64,000 bases of DNA from Felis catus (GCF_018350175.1 NC_058368.1:39868001-39932000), one strand, 5' to 3'; shown: positions 25,469 to 38,734, counted from the stretch's first letter. Made by a program: numbers and translations. Notes: generated from the letters alone by a model not told the origin.

Positions 25469-26476
25469 ATATGTAACCATTTAACTATTTAACCTAAATT
25501 CTTACAATTCCTAAAAACAACCTTTTAGTTTTGTTTGACTGAATTTGGAAAAACATATTAAAATGTAAGGCTTCTAAAAAATATCATTTGGAATACGAAA
25601 TTAGTTTTTCAGTAACATTTTCTTCATCTCCTAAATGATTATAATTTTTTTTTGGTAATACTCTGGTAAACATTCTTTTCAGAGCAGAAATGTGTGTGCA
25701 AATATATTTCAGAGAAGAAAATAAAAGATTTCCTATCATTAACTGTAAATATCTTTATTCATTAGATGAGAAGGATGAGGGGAACATATTGTGAATAAAA
25801 TCTAATTTAGAAAACTACAGTAACTTTTTACATTTATTCCCAAGACCACTGTAGCAATCTTCTGGTTCTGTTCGTTTTCTAGGAGTCCTCCCTTAGAATA
25901 AATTCTCTGACTACTGCCTGAAGAGCTTTACTAAAAGATTAAGTGTTGTGATGTTACTACATTGTTTAATTTTTTCTTCAACAGACTTCCAACATTGTAG
26001 GTTTGTAAATAATTCCTAGGCTGTTATATATGGTCTTAATCTTACAACCACTATCTCCCTTTCATTCAACATTTCTTTATACCAACATTTAATAGTGAAC
26101 AGCTATTACAACAACCATTAGACTGGTTCTGAGACACCAACAATATATAGAAGGAAAAGTAATGGTTCATGAATTAAGGAATTGATATTTTAGATAGGAA
26201 AACTATCAAGAAAACAGATGATCATATAACAGGGTTCACAAATTAACTCATACCATAACTCAAAATCATAATAAAATAAAGATCTCTAATTTTCATTTAT
26301 TTTAAATTTACTAATTTCTCCCCAATTCTCTGTCAGTAAATCAGGAAATAAATATTATTAACTAAATATCCCATCAGATTGCAACCTGTGGGATAATGTA
26401 AACACTTCCTGAGGATAGTACTCTCACTATGAAAAAAGAAAACACACTTAGCTCTACCTCTCTTCCTAAAATAAGC

Positions 26477-26518
26477 CATTCATTCATTCATTCATTCATT
26501 CATTCATTCATTCATTCA
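26477..26518. repeat. (CATT)10 tetranucleotide microsatellite
   Basis: Direct reading. Confidence 0.95.
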
Positions 26519-27789
26519 GGGTGAGGGCCATGCTTACGCATCCATATGGAAACAAGGGGTAGGGACAAAATGATTCTATGTTGGCATTTGGAGATTTACT
26601 GTCCTCTGTCACATACTTTGGGTAAAATTCCCTTCCTTATACAGGCATGGCTTACTCTGAAGGAATCCCTAGTTGATTTTAACAACTAATACTACTGTAT
26701 TTGGTCCATTTAACTTACTCAGGGACAGATAGTACCTTCTAGATGACTTGCTTTCACCTGGAATCAAGCTATCCTCAGGCTCTCCAGTCCTCCTTAGAGG
26801 TCCAGTCTTTAGTAGGTCAGGCATGCTGTTCTTTGTAGTTCCAGCTGTACTTACACCCATTAATCTTTCCTTTTATGTCACAATCCCCAAAGGCTTGAAA
26901 ATGAGGCAAATTATTGTAGTTCCTCTATGCCGTTTCCTTTACCACAAAGCATGTCAAATTCCAATAGCAAAATCTTTGATCTAAACTGAGCCCATGTTAT
27001 TCTGAATTGGGACTTAAATAAATTTGAAAAATAGTCTAAGACAAAAACATATTGCCTATTATATAATATTGTTAGTTAACATTACTATCTACTTTTTCTC
27101 TGTACTTTTCTCTTAAACAATAAAAGCTTTGGGTTAACTTTAGTAAAGTATTCATACACAGAGAAGTTGACCAAAAAAAATCCACCATTAATAATTTAAA
27201 ATTTGTTGTACATAAAGATTAGTAATTTCTGGTAATCCAGACTGAAACGAATGGGAACTAATAACTTCTCAGAAAAACTAAGTCCTAAGGTAAATCCTGT
27301 AAGCTTGTTAGGGCTTATCCGGGAAAAAAACAAAGATGTTTGGAGCAAAAATGAAACATCAACATGTACCAAAACAGGAAAGTAAGACAGTTATGGGAAA
27401 TACAAGTATTTTGCTATGATGGACATATAGAATCTGAGGAATGGAAAGAAAATAGTGAGGAAGAAGAAATAAGTAAGGCAAGATAAGGATATGTTTGGGA
27501 TATAACTCTATGAATGTATGTTGAAGTCTCTAACAAAAAATAACTCTTTTAGGTAATACTATAATATATTAAAGTTTATTTTAAAAGTATTTTTGAAGGA
27601 AAGAGAATGAATTCAGGCAAGAGCACAAATCTTAAGGCAAGAAGAGAACAGTAAGTGAAGGTAGAAATGGAATTTCTAGAAATTCCTTCCATTTCTAGGA
27701 ATGGAAGGTAGAAATGGGTTTGAAATATATATGTTTAAACATATCTATTCCCCACATATTTGATTCAGCCTTTTAAAAAAGAACAGTTC

Positions 27790-27955
27790 GGGGCACTTGG
27801 GTGGCTAAGTCAGTTAGACAGTGGACTCTTGATTTTGGCTCAGTTCACAGATCTCACGATTTGTGAGATCGAGCCCCACATCAAACTCCACACTGACAGC
27901 CCGGAGCCTGCTTGGATTCTCTCTCTCCCTCTCCTCTACCCCTCTCCAGCTTGTG

Positions 27956-28011
<56 letters not shown>

Positions 28012-28030
28012 ATAAATAAATAACCATTAA
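27790..28030 (+). mobile_element. CAN-SINE, older subfamily, with long (CT)n
   Basis: ggggcacttgggtggctaagtcagtt...gactcttgattttggctcag; CT run at about 27959-28008. Confidence 0.93.
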
Positions 28031-28043
28031 AAATTGTAGTCGG

Positions 28044-28265
28044 GGGGCGCCTGGGTGGCGCAGTCGGTTAAGCGTCCAACTTCAGCCAGGTCACGATCTC
28101 GCGGTCCGTGGGTTCGAGCCCCGCGTCGGGCTCTGGGCTGATGGCTCAGAGCCTGGAGCCTGTTTCCGATTCTGTGTCTCCCTCTCTCTCTGCCCCTCCC
28201 CCGTTCATGCTCTGTCTCTCTCTGTCCCAAAAATAAATAAACGTTGAAAAAAAAAATTTAAAAAA
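28044..28265 (+). mobile_element. Young felid SINEC_Fc-type SINE inserted just 3' of the older SINE
   Basis: Perfect TSD aaaaattgtagtcgg at 28029 and 28266; CpGs intact. Confidence 0.98.
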
Positions 28266-28629
28266 AAAAATTGTAGTCGGAAGTGTAAGGCAATGGTTGA
28301 TTGTATATTTAATGACAGCCTCAAGAAGAAAGACAGTTGTTTTGGCACAGGGTGTTAGAGAATGTAAACGCTGACATGATTACTTTTGTTGTAAAGATAA
28401 TGGGAAAGTTTAATAATATTGACAATATTCACATAAGGGATAAAGAATATAGAACACTGGCCACATGCTGTTAAAATCCTCTCTGGGTTCGATAAATATA
28501 TGCGCTATGTCTTGGTCCTCCTAAAATTCAGTCTTGCCTAGTTTGTTTGCTGAGAAAGGCAATGTGCTTCCTGGAATAGGTATTTCCACCTTTTATAGAC
28601 TCTAACTCAAATATTTTATTTTGAGTTAT

Positions 28630-29300
28630 TTTTATATGTTTATTGTGGGGAAGTCACTACATGTTATAGAATCATATATATATATGATATATATATATAT
28701 ATATATCATATACATATATAATTCATTAGATCTTTAGACTTACTCATATGATATATATATATCATATATATATATATCACATATATATTATTCATTAGAT
28801 TTTTAGACTATTCATCCTATATAACTGTAACCATGTAACTTTTGACCAACATCTACCCATTTTCCCTGCCTTCTAGCCGCTGGTAGCCACCATTTTACTC
28901 TCTGCTTGTGTGTATCTAACATTTTAAGATTCCACATGTAAGTGAAGTCATGTGATACTTGTCTTTCTGTGTCTGGTTTATTTCACTTAGCATAATGTCC
29001 TCCATTTTCATACATTTTCTGTAAATGGCAGGTTTTCCTTCTTGTTTAACATCTGAATAATATTCCAGTTAGTGGTGTGTATGTGTGTGCATATGTGTAT
29101 ACACCACAGTTGCTTTATCCATTCACTCAGTGGACATTTAGGTTATTCCCATGCCTTGGCCTTTGTGAATAATGCTGCAATAAACATGGAAGCACACATA
29201 TGAATTATTCTTTCTGATGTTTCATAAATTAGATTATTTTCCTGATTTCCTTTTTCAATAGATCATTGTTGGAATAAAGACATGCAACTGATTTCTGTTT
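28630..29300 (-). mobile_element. L1MA-type 3' end with TA-rich internal duplication
   Basis: ttttgaccaacatctacccatttcc, gattccacatgtaagtga, tttcacttagcataatgtcctcca. Confidence 0.85.
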
Positions 29301-29675
29301 CTGGAAGTTGATTTTAACTTCCAATATAAGTGCTCTGCTTAATTATGCTTTAATATTGAACATCTAATTTTGGGGGCATTAGGAACACCATGTGCTTGAT
29401 TTCCATGATAGTGTTGATTTTATATCTTATATCACATTGTTAAACTTCAATGGCACTTTTTAATTTAAAAACCCTATATTAAATTATGGTTTTTTGTGTG
29501 TATTTTTCTCTTCTGGGCTTTAAATCTCTTGAATACAAACACTAGGCAATTTTTTACTTGAGTTCCTAAGAATGGAATGTTTTCTACCACTTAATAGATG
29601 CCTAATAAATATGTACTGAATGGTAAAAACTCAGGCCACCAATTCTAAAAAGTAAAGTCAAAGCTAAAATATATT

Positions 29676-29886
29676 GGGGCGCCTGGGTGGCTCAGTTGGT
29701 TGAGTGTCCAACTTCGGCTCAGGTCATGATCTCACAGCTCGTGAGTTCGAGCCCCGCATCAGGCTCTGTGCTGACAGCTCGGAGCCCTGGAGCCTGCTTC
29801 AGATTCTGTGCCTCCCTGTCTCTCTGCCCCAACCCACTCTCATTCTGTCTCTCTCAAAAATAAATAAACATTAAAAATTTCAAAAA
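29676..29886 (+). mobile_element. CAN-SINE
   Basis: Perfect TSD aaagctaaaatatatt at 29660 and 29887. Confidence 0.97.
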
Positions 29887-30199
29887 AAAGCTAAAATATA
29901 TTAAGTTTCTAGTAATTATCTAATTTTTGTCTATGTGTATCTCAATAATTTCAACATTCTGTGGGATACATCTATAGTTCATTATTTTTTATACAGATGG
30001 ACACTGAAACAGTAACTTAAAAAGCTAGCTGTTGAATTAAAACATATCCAGTTTCAAAGTTATTTCTACCTAAACATACTTTTTATCTAAGCCGAGATCC
30101 ATTTACAGGTTTCTTTCAAAGAAAAATGATTTCTTAAACTGTTATCATACCAGACTCTGAAACCAATATCTCACATGTATTAACTTTATTTAAATATAC

Positions 30200-30345
30200 T
30201 CTAACATTATACTATGGGTCCTACTATTCACATTGTATTAGAGATGAAAAAAGTGGAACCCAGATACAGTGGTCCTTGTCCACATCACATAGCAAGGGGT
30301 AAATGGAACTGAGAAGTCTACCCATGTCCATTTCACTCCAAAGTC
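30200..30345 (-). mobile_element. MIR relic
   Basis: agatgaaaaaagtggaacccaga...cttgtccacatcacatagc...actccaaagtc. Confidence 0.6.
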
Positions 30346-30789
30346 GGTAAGTTTAAATATTATGCCAAATTCAATCACTAAACGTATAACTAAATCAATA
30401 TTTGGAGGGAAAAGGTAAATAATAGTTATGTAAAAGTGAAGACAAGACTTGGGAACTCATATGACCATGACTTTCTAATACTAATTTCTACTTTTCTACA
30501 TACTATCCAGACTAGGGTAGAGTTCTATATCCTAAATATAATTAAGGATAAAATTTACAGTTTCACATGTTTTTATGAATAATACCTACTTAAAGGAGTT
30601 GAAAATTACTGAAATCTCACAACTTTTACATTTATCTTTAATACAGCACTTGTAAGTTATTTTTTTAGATATCTGCTTATATACCTCACTCGATCTCACT
30701 TTAAAGGTAGGGAACAGATTAGAATCATGATTTATTTTTAAACATTTTTCCTAAAAATATTAGTTAATATAACCATGTCTCAGTCACCT

Positions 30790-31420
30790 TACCTGGAAAG
30801 CTTGGATACATCTTTGACTATTTCATTTCTCTGGCTCCTTACATCCACAAGAGCTAAACACTAACATTTAAATGGAAGAAAACATCTTGTCATAGTCAGG
30901 TATACTTTCACATGAGACTTCACTGTACCAAGAATTAACCTTTGGATTCTTTAACCTACCATACAAGGTCCTTCACAATCAAGTCCAATTTATTTTACTT
31001 TTTATCATCTGCCATTCTTCCTCTGCACTCATTATAATCTGTATCTCTGCCATTCCCTGAACATGTGCTACTTCATACTTCCATGCTTTTATACATTCTG
31101 TTCTCTCATCCTTGAATGTACATTTCCCACATGTCTGCCAGGAGAGTACAAACTTATTGCTTATGGCACAAATTAAAGGTTGTAAAGAATATACCTTCTG
31201 GACCAGGCAGAATTAACACTTTATCCTCTGTGAAATTGGCACTTTGCAAACACATAATTTAGTCTTTATTATACTGCATTATAAATGCAATTGTTTACAG
31301 TCATGTTTACTCACTGAATGGTGTATTATGAACTGGAAAGAACAACTTTAAGTCCATTTTTTAGTATTATTCCTCAGTTGGTAAGTAAAGATCTTTGAAC
31401 GGAATACTCAATATATAATT
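30790..31420 (+). mobile_element. L2 relic
   Basis: catacaaggtccttcacaatc, catgcttttatacattctgttctctcatccttgaatg, atactcaatatata resemble the L2 3' region. Confidence 0.5.
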
Positions 31421-32343
31421 ATTATCTTAAATTTTATATATTCTATGATCTCTAATATAACTTGTGGATAGAGTATGCACTTAATATATTTTAATTTTAG
31501 TGTATCAACAGAATGCCAATAAATAGTTAATTAGAAATTGTGGTTGACTATTGACATAAAAATTTCAGATGTGTTAGAGCTGTAAAGAAAGTTTAGAAAA
31601 CCTAGCATTTAGCATTTAGAAGGGTTCCTCTGATGATACATTCACCTCTTACAACACTCCAAAATCTACCTAAGTTTTATTTACTTTTTATTATTAAAAT
31701 AATTTTTGTAGTTATCTTACCCTCTGATACCAAATCCCATTGTACAAAATATTGCATGAATCAAATGTCTGGGTTCATTTTTAAAACAAGAGTCATGTTC
31801 CTCAATGATGAAATGTCAACTTCTGTATTTCATACACTGTCAAATTTTCCATATTGCTTAAGAAAAGGTCTGAATAAATACATAAACCATGTCCTAAGCT
31901 CTAAAATCAGAAAATTTATTAGACATCTAAAAGAGTGTGCCACTCACTGACAATATTTTGTCTTCAATCTGATATTCATAAAATGACTCAAAGAACCTTT
32001 ATGTCATGAAAGTCTGACATAACAGAAAAAAAGAGAGTTGTCTAGTAAAAGACATGATAGAATTATGAGTGAGAGTAAGAATATATGTTAGTTACAGTTA
32101 TGTCACTAGTTAATTATGGCTTATGATTTACCCCATTTTACCGTTTCATAAGGACTTATGAGTGGATCTCCAGAAAATATTGCTTATACTACAATCATGA
32201 ATCATCACAGCAATAGTTATTGAGTTGTGACCACTGAGCTGTGACCACTGTGTTGTTAGAAACTTGTACATTTTTGTTTTCCCTAGTACATTGGCAAATT
32301 ATGACAATCCAACCTTAGCAGTGACTTGACTTCATCCTTTCTT

Positions 32344-32371
32344 TTTTTTTTATTTTTTAATGTTTATTTTT

Positions 32372-32403
<32 letters not shown>

Positions 32404-32564
32404 TTGAGTGGCAGAGGGGCAGAGAGAGAGACACAGAATCTGCAGCAGCCTCTAGGCTCTGAGCTGTCAGTACAGAGCCCAACCCGAGGCTTGAACCCAC
32501 AGACCATGAGATAATGACCTGAGCAAAGTTGGACTCTCAACTGACTGAGCCACCCAAGCACCCA
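32344..32564 (-). mobile_element. CAN-SINE
   Basis: Perfect TSD acttcatcctttctt at 32329 and 32565. Confidence 0.96.
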
Positions 32565-32949
32565 ACTTCATCCTTTCTTAATAATCACAATGCCCCAAAT
32601 TGGTTTAAACCCTTAGACTTCTACAGCCTTCTGAAACCCTTACTTTATGGTTGTCTCCCACTGTATCCATTTTATGTGTGTCACATTTGCTTTGTCTAAG
32701 TACAACTCAAATCATGCATTCTTCTCCTCAATAACCTTGAAATCTCAATGTTTATTAAATCAACTTACATGTAGTTAATGCATTCGACACTTGTCCACCA
32801 CAATTTTTCTACTATTTGAAAATATTTTAACTTTTTTATTTACTTAAGCCGGGTTTTGGGCAGTGGATCATTTTCTTCAAAGACGATTGTGCACTCAATC
32901 CCAATGAAAACATTGGCGCTATGATAGGTAAACAGAAATGATGTGGAGG

Positions 32950-34085
32950 ATTTCTGCTTTTGGCAGACAGACAAAAAGTGGCCAAGTTACTCTTCTGCCT
33001 GAAACAACTGAAAAGCTGAAAAACCTATATGAAACAATAATGTACAGGCAGCAATTCTTGAGAGAAGAGAGGCAAACTCTGCATTGGATTGAATAGTGCC
33101 CCCACCAAAGTCCGTATCTACCTCAATCTGTACATGTGACCTATATGAAAAGAAGGTCTTTACAGATATCATCAAGCTAAGATGACGTCATGACTGCTGT
33201 CCTCAGAACAAGAGGGAAATTTTGGATGCAGAAATAAATTGAGAGAGCACCATGTAATGAAGAACACAGCGATCAGATTTATGCTACCACAAGCCTAGAA
33301 ATGTCAGGTATTGCCAGCAGTCACCAGAATCTAGGAGAAGCAAGGAAGCATGCTCCTAGAGTCTTAGACTCTGACAGCATTACCCTCCCACATCTTGATT
33401 TCAGATTTGTAGCCTCTATAAATGTGAGACAATAAATTTCTGTTGTTTTAAGCCATCCAAGTTTGTGGTCATTTGTTACAGCAGCCCTAGGGAATTAATC
33501 TGAGCCTTGAGAATACCGCAGTCCACTGTCTGGAAAGATTCCACCCTGCAGCTTCGGGAAAGAGAATCCGATGGAACCTAATACAATCTCTCTAAATTAT
33601 CAAGATTCCAGGAGCTTCAACTGTGATGAAGTACTGGGGGGGAAAAAGAGCTTCTTAGAAGAACTCCAGTAATCTATAGAGGATCCCCATGGATGTTCAT
33701 CTGAGTATCGATCAGCATATTTGTCGTGAGGAAAATACCCAAGATGCAGTAAAGAACCATACAAAAGAACAGAAGTATAAACCCCTGGACCTCTCACAAT
33801 TCCAGGACTAGTTCATGTTCTAATTCCCCAGACTGGAATATTTGATAATTCACAAGGTATCATACACAGCCATTATAAGCTGCTCAGGAGTGGAGGTCCT
33901 ACAGCCACTTAAACTCTACCTGAAGATAGCAAGCCGTGAGTTGACAAAAATCCTATCAGACCTGTAAGGAAAAAAATAAACAAATAAAGCCTAAAATGAA
34001 GAGAAAAACAAATACACTGAAACTTAACTAGAAATGATGTAAATTATAGAATTAGTAGAGAAGTATTTTTAAGAACATTATTAGA
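32950..34085 (+). mobile_element. Ancient L1 5' region (outer element, left part)
   Basis: ttctgcctgaaacaactgaaaagctgaaaaacctatatgaaacaat and agaaatgatgtaaattatagaattagtagag resemble the L1M 5' UTR and ORF1 start. Confidence 0.55.
33080..33500 (+). mobile_element. MaLR solo LTR (MLT1, C-like)
   Basis: ttgaatagtgccccc, aggtctttacagat, tgtgagacaataaatttctgttgttttaagcca, tttgttacagcagccctaggg. Confidence 0.9.
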
Positions 34086-36043
34086 CTTGTAGCTTCTGCT
34101 CTGACATATAAAAAGGTTAGAAATCATCACTCTTATCTTTACAGGAAAAAAAGCCAAACAAACTGAAAATCAGTGTCTTCTCTGAGCCCCACCAGAGACC
34201 TGAGATCACAATGTAAACCATAATGTTAAAATCTCCTGAGACAGAAGAATCCAGAGAATCACGGCCAAGATCTGCTTAGCTGGAGCAGGAGCTGTTACAG
34301 ATAGAAATTGATAGGAAAAATTAAATAGTAATTATGATGAATTGCTGGAAACTGAGTACAGATTAGCATGAAAGTGAAAAACCCTAAGGGGGGGGGGGCG
34401 TTCCTAAACTTTCCTAGATTTTACCCGTGGAGACACTGTGCGGTCATATGCAGAAAACCTGAGGAAGAAAAGTTCTCGCTTCTAGCAGAGGAAGGGGAAG
34501 AATAATAATGATGAAATACATTGAGCGTGTTCTCTATAGCAAAGGCCTACCCTGCAAGAGAAAAGACTTTACCAGATTTTTATCCCACTTGGAGGAAGGG
34601 CACTTTTCCAACTTCTGCCCTTGGGAGCTGTTCTGTCTCATCTAGTAGAAGAAAAGTATTGAGAAACACTTGTGATGCTTATGTGCCAGGGACACAGGCC
34701 AACAAAAGATGAGATTTAATCACGACTGTAGAATACTTCCCCCTTACACACACCTTACCAGCACAGGAACAGGGCTCCACTACCAGAAGAGATTAAAACT
34801 GAAAAAGCTGCAACTCTCAGAGGTGTACTTAGGGCAGCCCAGAATCAAACAGGAGATGAGAACTGGGACACTGGAGAATGTGAAGCCTCTGGCACCTACA
34901 GATACAACAAAATTAAACCCCACAAACTTCGAGTCAGATGAATATAAAACCTACCAGTAAAGGGACTATTTACACTACTTTCTATCACCCAACACATCAT
35001 GTTTTGCTTTCAATCAGTAATTTCAAGGCATGTTAAAAGGCAAAAAAAAAAAAATCTGAAACAATACAGCAAGCGTCAGAAACAGATTCACATCTGACAC
35101 GGATGTCAGAGACAGGGAATTTAAAATCCACTATTTAAAATAACTCTGATTAATATGTTAAGGAATCCAATGGGGAAAAAATAGACAAGATGAAGGAACA
35201 GATGGGTAATTTAGGCACAGATGTAAACTCTGAGAAAAAAATCAAAAGAAAATGTTACGACTCAAAAATATTGAAACAGAAATGAAGAATGCCTTTGATG
35301 GTCTTAACAATAGACTACGTATGACTGAATACACAATCAATGAACTTGAATAAAGGTAACAGAAACACCCAAACTAAAATACAAGAAGAAAAATAATGAA
35401 AAAAGACCCTTAGAATTTCCAAGAACTATGGAACGATTTCAAAAGGTATAGCATACACATAACTGGAACACAAAAAGAAGGAAGAAATTTAACAAATATT
35501 GGAAGTAATAATGACCAGAAATTCCCCAGAATTAATGACACACACCAAATCACAAATCCAGAAATCTCAGAGAACGTCAAGTAGGATAAATAGGGGGAAA
35601 AATCTATACCTAGAAAAATAACAAAGTGCCCAAAAACAAAGATAAAATCTTTTAAATATGGTACAGAAGAAAACAAAACAAAATTAAAAAAATTATCCTA
35701 CCTATGGAAGAGCAACAATTAGAATTAGAGCTGACTTCTCATCAGCAACCAGGCAAACATTGCTAAGTAAAAGAAGACAGTCTGAAAAGGCTTAATATTA
35801 TCTAATTATACTTATGCAATATTCTGTAAAAGGCAAAACTGTAGCAATGGCGAAAAGATGACTGTTTTCCAGGCACTTAGGGGTGAAGGGAATTTTGAAG
35901 GGGTGAAGCACAGGGCATTTTTCAGTGGTGAAGTTATTCCGTTAAATATTATAATAGTGGCCACATGATACTATTGGTCAAAATAGTTTGTCAAAATCCA
36001 TAAAATTTTACAGCAAAATCAGTGAACACTGCTGTATAAAAAT

Positions 36044-36247
36044 TTTTATTTATTCTTTCATTTTAGAGAGAGAGAGAGAGCGAGCATGCAAGAGCAGGGG
36101 GAGGAACACAGGGAGAGAGAGAATCTCCAACAGGCAGCACACCCAGCACAGAGGCTGATGCAGGCCTTGATCCTATGACCCTGGGGTCATGACCTAAGCT
36201 GAAGTCAAAAATTGTACACTCAACCAACTGAGCCACCCAGGCGCCCC
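36044..36247 (-). mobile_element. CAN-SINE, older subfamily
   Basis: TSD tgtataaaa(a/t)ttttt at 36033 and 36249. Confidence 0.93.
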
Positions 36248-36660
36248 ATGTATAAAATTTTTTTTAATTAATTAGAAACCTATGATCCAAGCATGAAATG
36301 CAGAATCGGGCAAAATAATCTAACTGTAATACAAATGGATCAAACCACCTTACTGAAGGAGGTAGGGAAAAGTGGTGACCTAAGTAACTTTGAAAATAAA
36401 TGGAGTCTTTAATACTAAAGGCAAAAGGAACTGTATATAAATAATCAATATACTCTATTTGATAAAATTGCTTCCCATGGATGTATGTACTTATAATACT
36501 GATACCACTATACATGTATACATACTGGCATCAGTAATTAATTACCACTGGTCAGAGCCAGATTTCTCAATGTTGGAGAGGGAGTTTATAAATAAATAAG
36601 GAGAGGAAACTAGAATGATTTACATAGTAATGGACTAGCACTGGCTTTATCATATGAATG

Positions 36661-36963
36661 TGTCTTAGTGTGGGCTGGTATGACAAAATACCAGACTAGG
36701 TTGCTTATAAACAACAGAAAATTATTTCTCACAATTCTGGAGCATAGTTGAGTGATGACCCTCTTCCAAGTTGCAGACTTCTCCTATCTTCACATGGTGG
36801 AGAGGTTGCTCTGTGGGATCACTTTCTATAAGAGCACTAATCCCCATTATGAAGGCTCCACCCTCATGATTAAGCACCTCCCAAAAGCTTCACCGCCTAA
36901 TACCATCACATTAGGATTTCAACATGTGAAATGTGGGGAGATAGAAACATTCAAACCACAGCA
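36661..36963 (-). mobile_element. MaLR solo LTR (MLT1A-like)
   Basis: tgtcttagt...ttataaacaacagaaa..ttatttctcacaattctggag...cacctcccaaaag...aaacattcaaaccacagca. Confidence 0.88.
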
Positions 36964-38105
36964 GAACTCCTATTTAGCTCAATAGAGATACAGATGATTA
37001 CACATAGAAACAACTGGAAATATGTGTATATTCATGGTTTAGCAGGCACACGTGTATTTTTGCTCTATCGCCAATAGGACCTAGAACAGAAAACATCCCA
37101 GTAGCACAAGCACATCTAGCATCATGATTTCTAATTTCATGGTTTCTAATATAAATCTAAATTAAGAGGAACCATTTCCTTGGATAAATGGGGCAGGAAA
37201 TATACATAATGAACATGGAGCATTTTGTAGTGCCAAAAATTAAGGAAATGTTCAAATAAAAACCCCACAATTGATGGAATTCTGTCAAAGGGACACAAGA
37301 GCCAACTGAAAGAGCTTCCAAAAGCCAAAGCTGACATAATTTAAGCAACAAATAAATTATAAACTCCTTGTCAATGAGCTTAAATAAATAGCAATAAGTC
37401 AACAATGATGCAAATGCTGAAACAAATACACGGGGGAGAAAAGACAAATCTCTGGTGCAAAGTAATTTCTAATAACTCTCCATTCTGTGAGTGTAGTCTG
37501 TACATAGCGATTTTCTTCCAAAAAGTACAGTATGTCAAGGGAAAAATTTTAAAGTAACTGTAGAGTGCAGAAACCTGACAAACTCTTGCTCAGTCATGTC
37601 ATTAAAGTCTACATACATATCAATAAGTCATTTTTAGAGTATGCACCCTTGATATGATGACATAAAAATAGCATTTTACCTGCATGGTCTTCTTCCAACA
37701 ACAGACAAACCCAATGTAATCAGAAGAAAAACATCAGACAAAGCCTAAATGAAGAAATTTTTTAAATGCCTGAACAGTGCACATCAAAAGTGCCTGAAGA
37801 GTGAATGTCAAGCCTTATGAAAAACAAGGAATGTCTGAGAAACTGTCACAGCTAAGAGGAGGCTAAGGAGACATGACTAAGTGTAATGTGGTATACTGGA
37901 TATAATCCTTACAGAGAAAAGAGACATTTGATAAAAATGAAAGAAACATAAATAAACTATGCATTTCAGTTAATATGTTAATTCAGTTAATAATTAATTC
38001 AGTCAATTCAGTTAATTATTAATAATGTGTAAATTATTTTAACAATTATGCCATATGTGGTAAGTTGTTAATAATAGAGGAAATTAGATGTGGGCATGGA
38101 TGCAG

Positions 38106-38669
38106 GCAAGTTCTCTTGAACAATGCTGGGGTTGGGAGCATCCACCCCAACACAATAAAAAATCCATGTATAATGTCTGACTCCCTCAAAACTTAACTCC
38201 TAATAGCCTACTGTCGACCAAAGGCCTTACTGATAATGAGAATAGCCAACTAACACATATTTTGTATGTTATATTTATTATACACTGTATTCTTACAATA
38301 AGGTAAGCTAGAGAAAAGAAAATGTTATTAAGAAAAATCATTAAAAAATAAAATTTATGGGGTGCCTGGGTAGCTCAATCGGTTAAGCATCTGACTTCAG
38401 TTCAGGTCATGATCTCATGGTTTGTGGGTTCAAGCCACGGGTTGGGCTCTGTGCTGACAACTCAGAGCCTGGACCCTGCTTCCGATTCTGTGTCACCCTC
38501 TGTCTTTGCTCCCCCCCCCTCACTTGTTCTCTCTCTCTCTCTTTCAAAAATAAATAAACATTAAAAAAAAAGAAAATTCATTGATAGTCCTGTGCTGTGT
38601 TTATTGAAAAAAAATCCTTGTATGCAGATATTTGAAGTTCAAAACCCGTATTATTAAAGGGTCACCTAT
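38106..38669. mobile_element. Tigger2-derived non-autonomous DNA transposon (Tigger2a-like), interrupted by a SINE
   Basis: Decayed TIRs (caagttctcttgaacaatgctggg / cccgtattattaaagggtcaccta); internal aaaacttaactcctaatagcctactgt and tattcttacaataaggtaagctagagaaaagaaaatgtt. Confidence 0.85.
38359..38572 (+). mobile_element. CAN-SINE nested in the Tigger element
   Basis: ggggtgcctgggtagctcaatcggttaagc head, CT tract, A-tail. Confidence 0.95.
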
Positions 38670-38734
38670 ACTGTCTTTGCAAATTTTACATAAATCTAAA
38701 ATTCTTCCAAAATAAAATTTCATTTAAAAATGAG

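Larger units (their letters stand above)
34086..38730 (+). mobile_element. Ancient L1 (L1MC/MD-like): 5' UTR and ORF1 joined directly to a long 3' UTR, carrying nested elements
   Basis: ORF1-like aacagaaatgaagaatgcctttgatgg and attagagctgacttctcatcag; 3' UTR-like tgctaagtaaaagaagacagtctgaaaagg ... aaatctaaaattcttccaaaataaaa. Confidence 0.75.

Noticed and set aside
25258..25480. Lys/Glu/Gly/Arg-rich ORF and its antisense ORF
   Set aside because: Translation of the (GGAA)n repeat.
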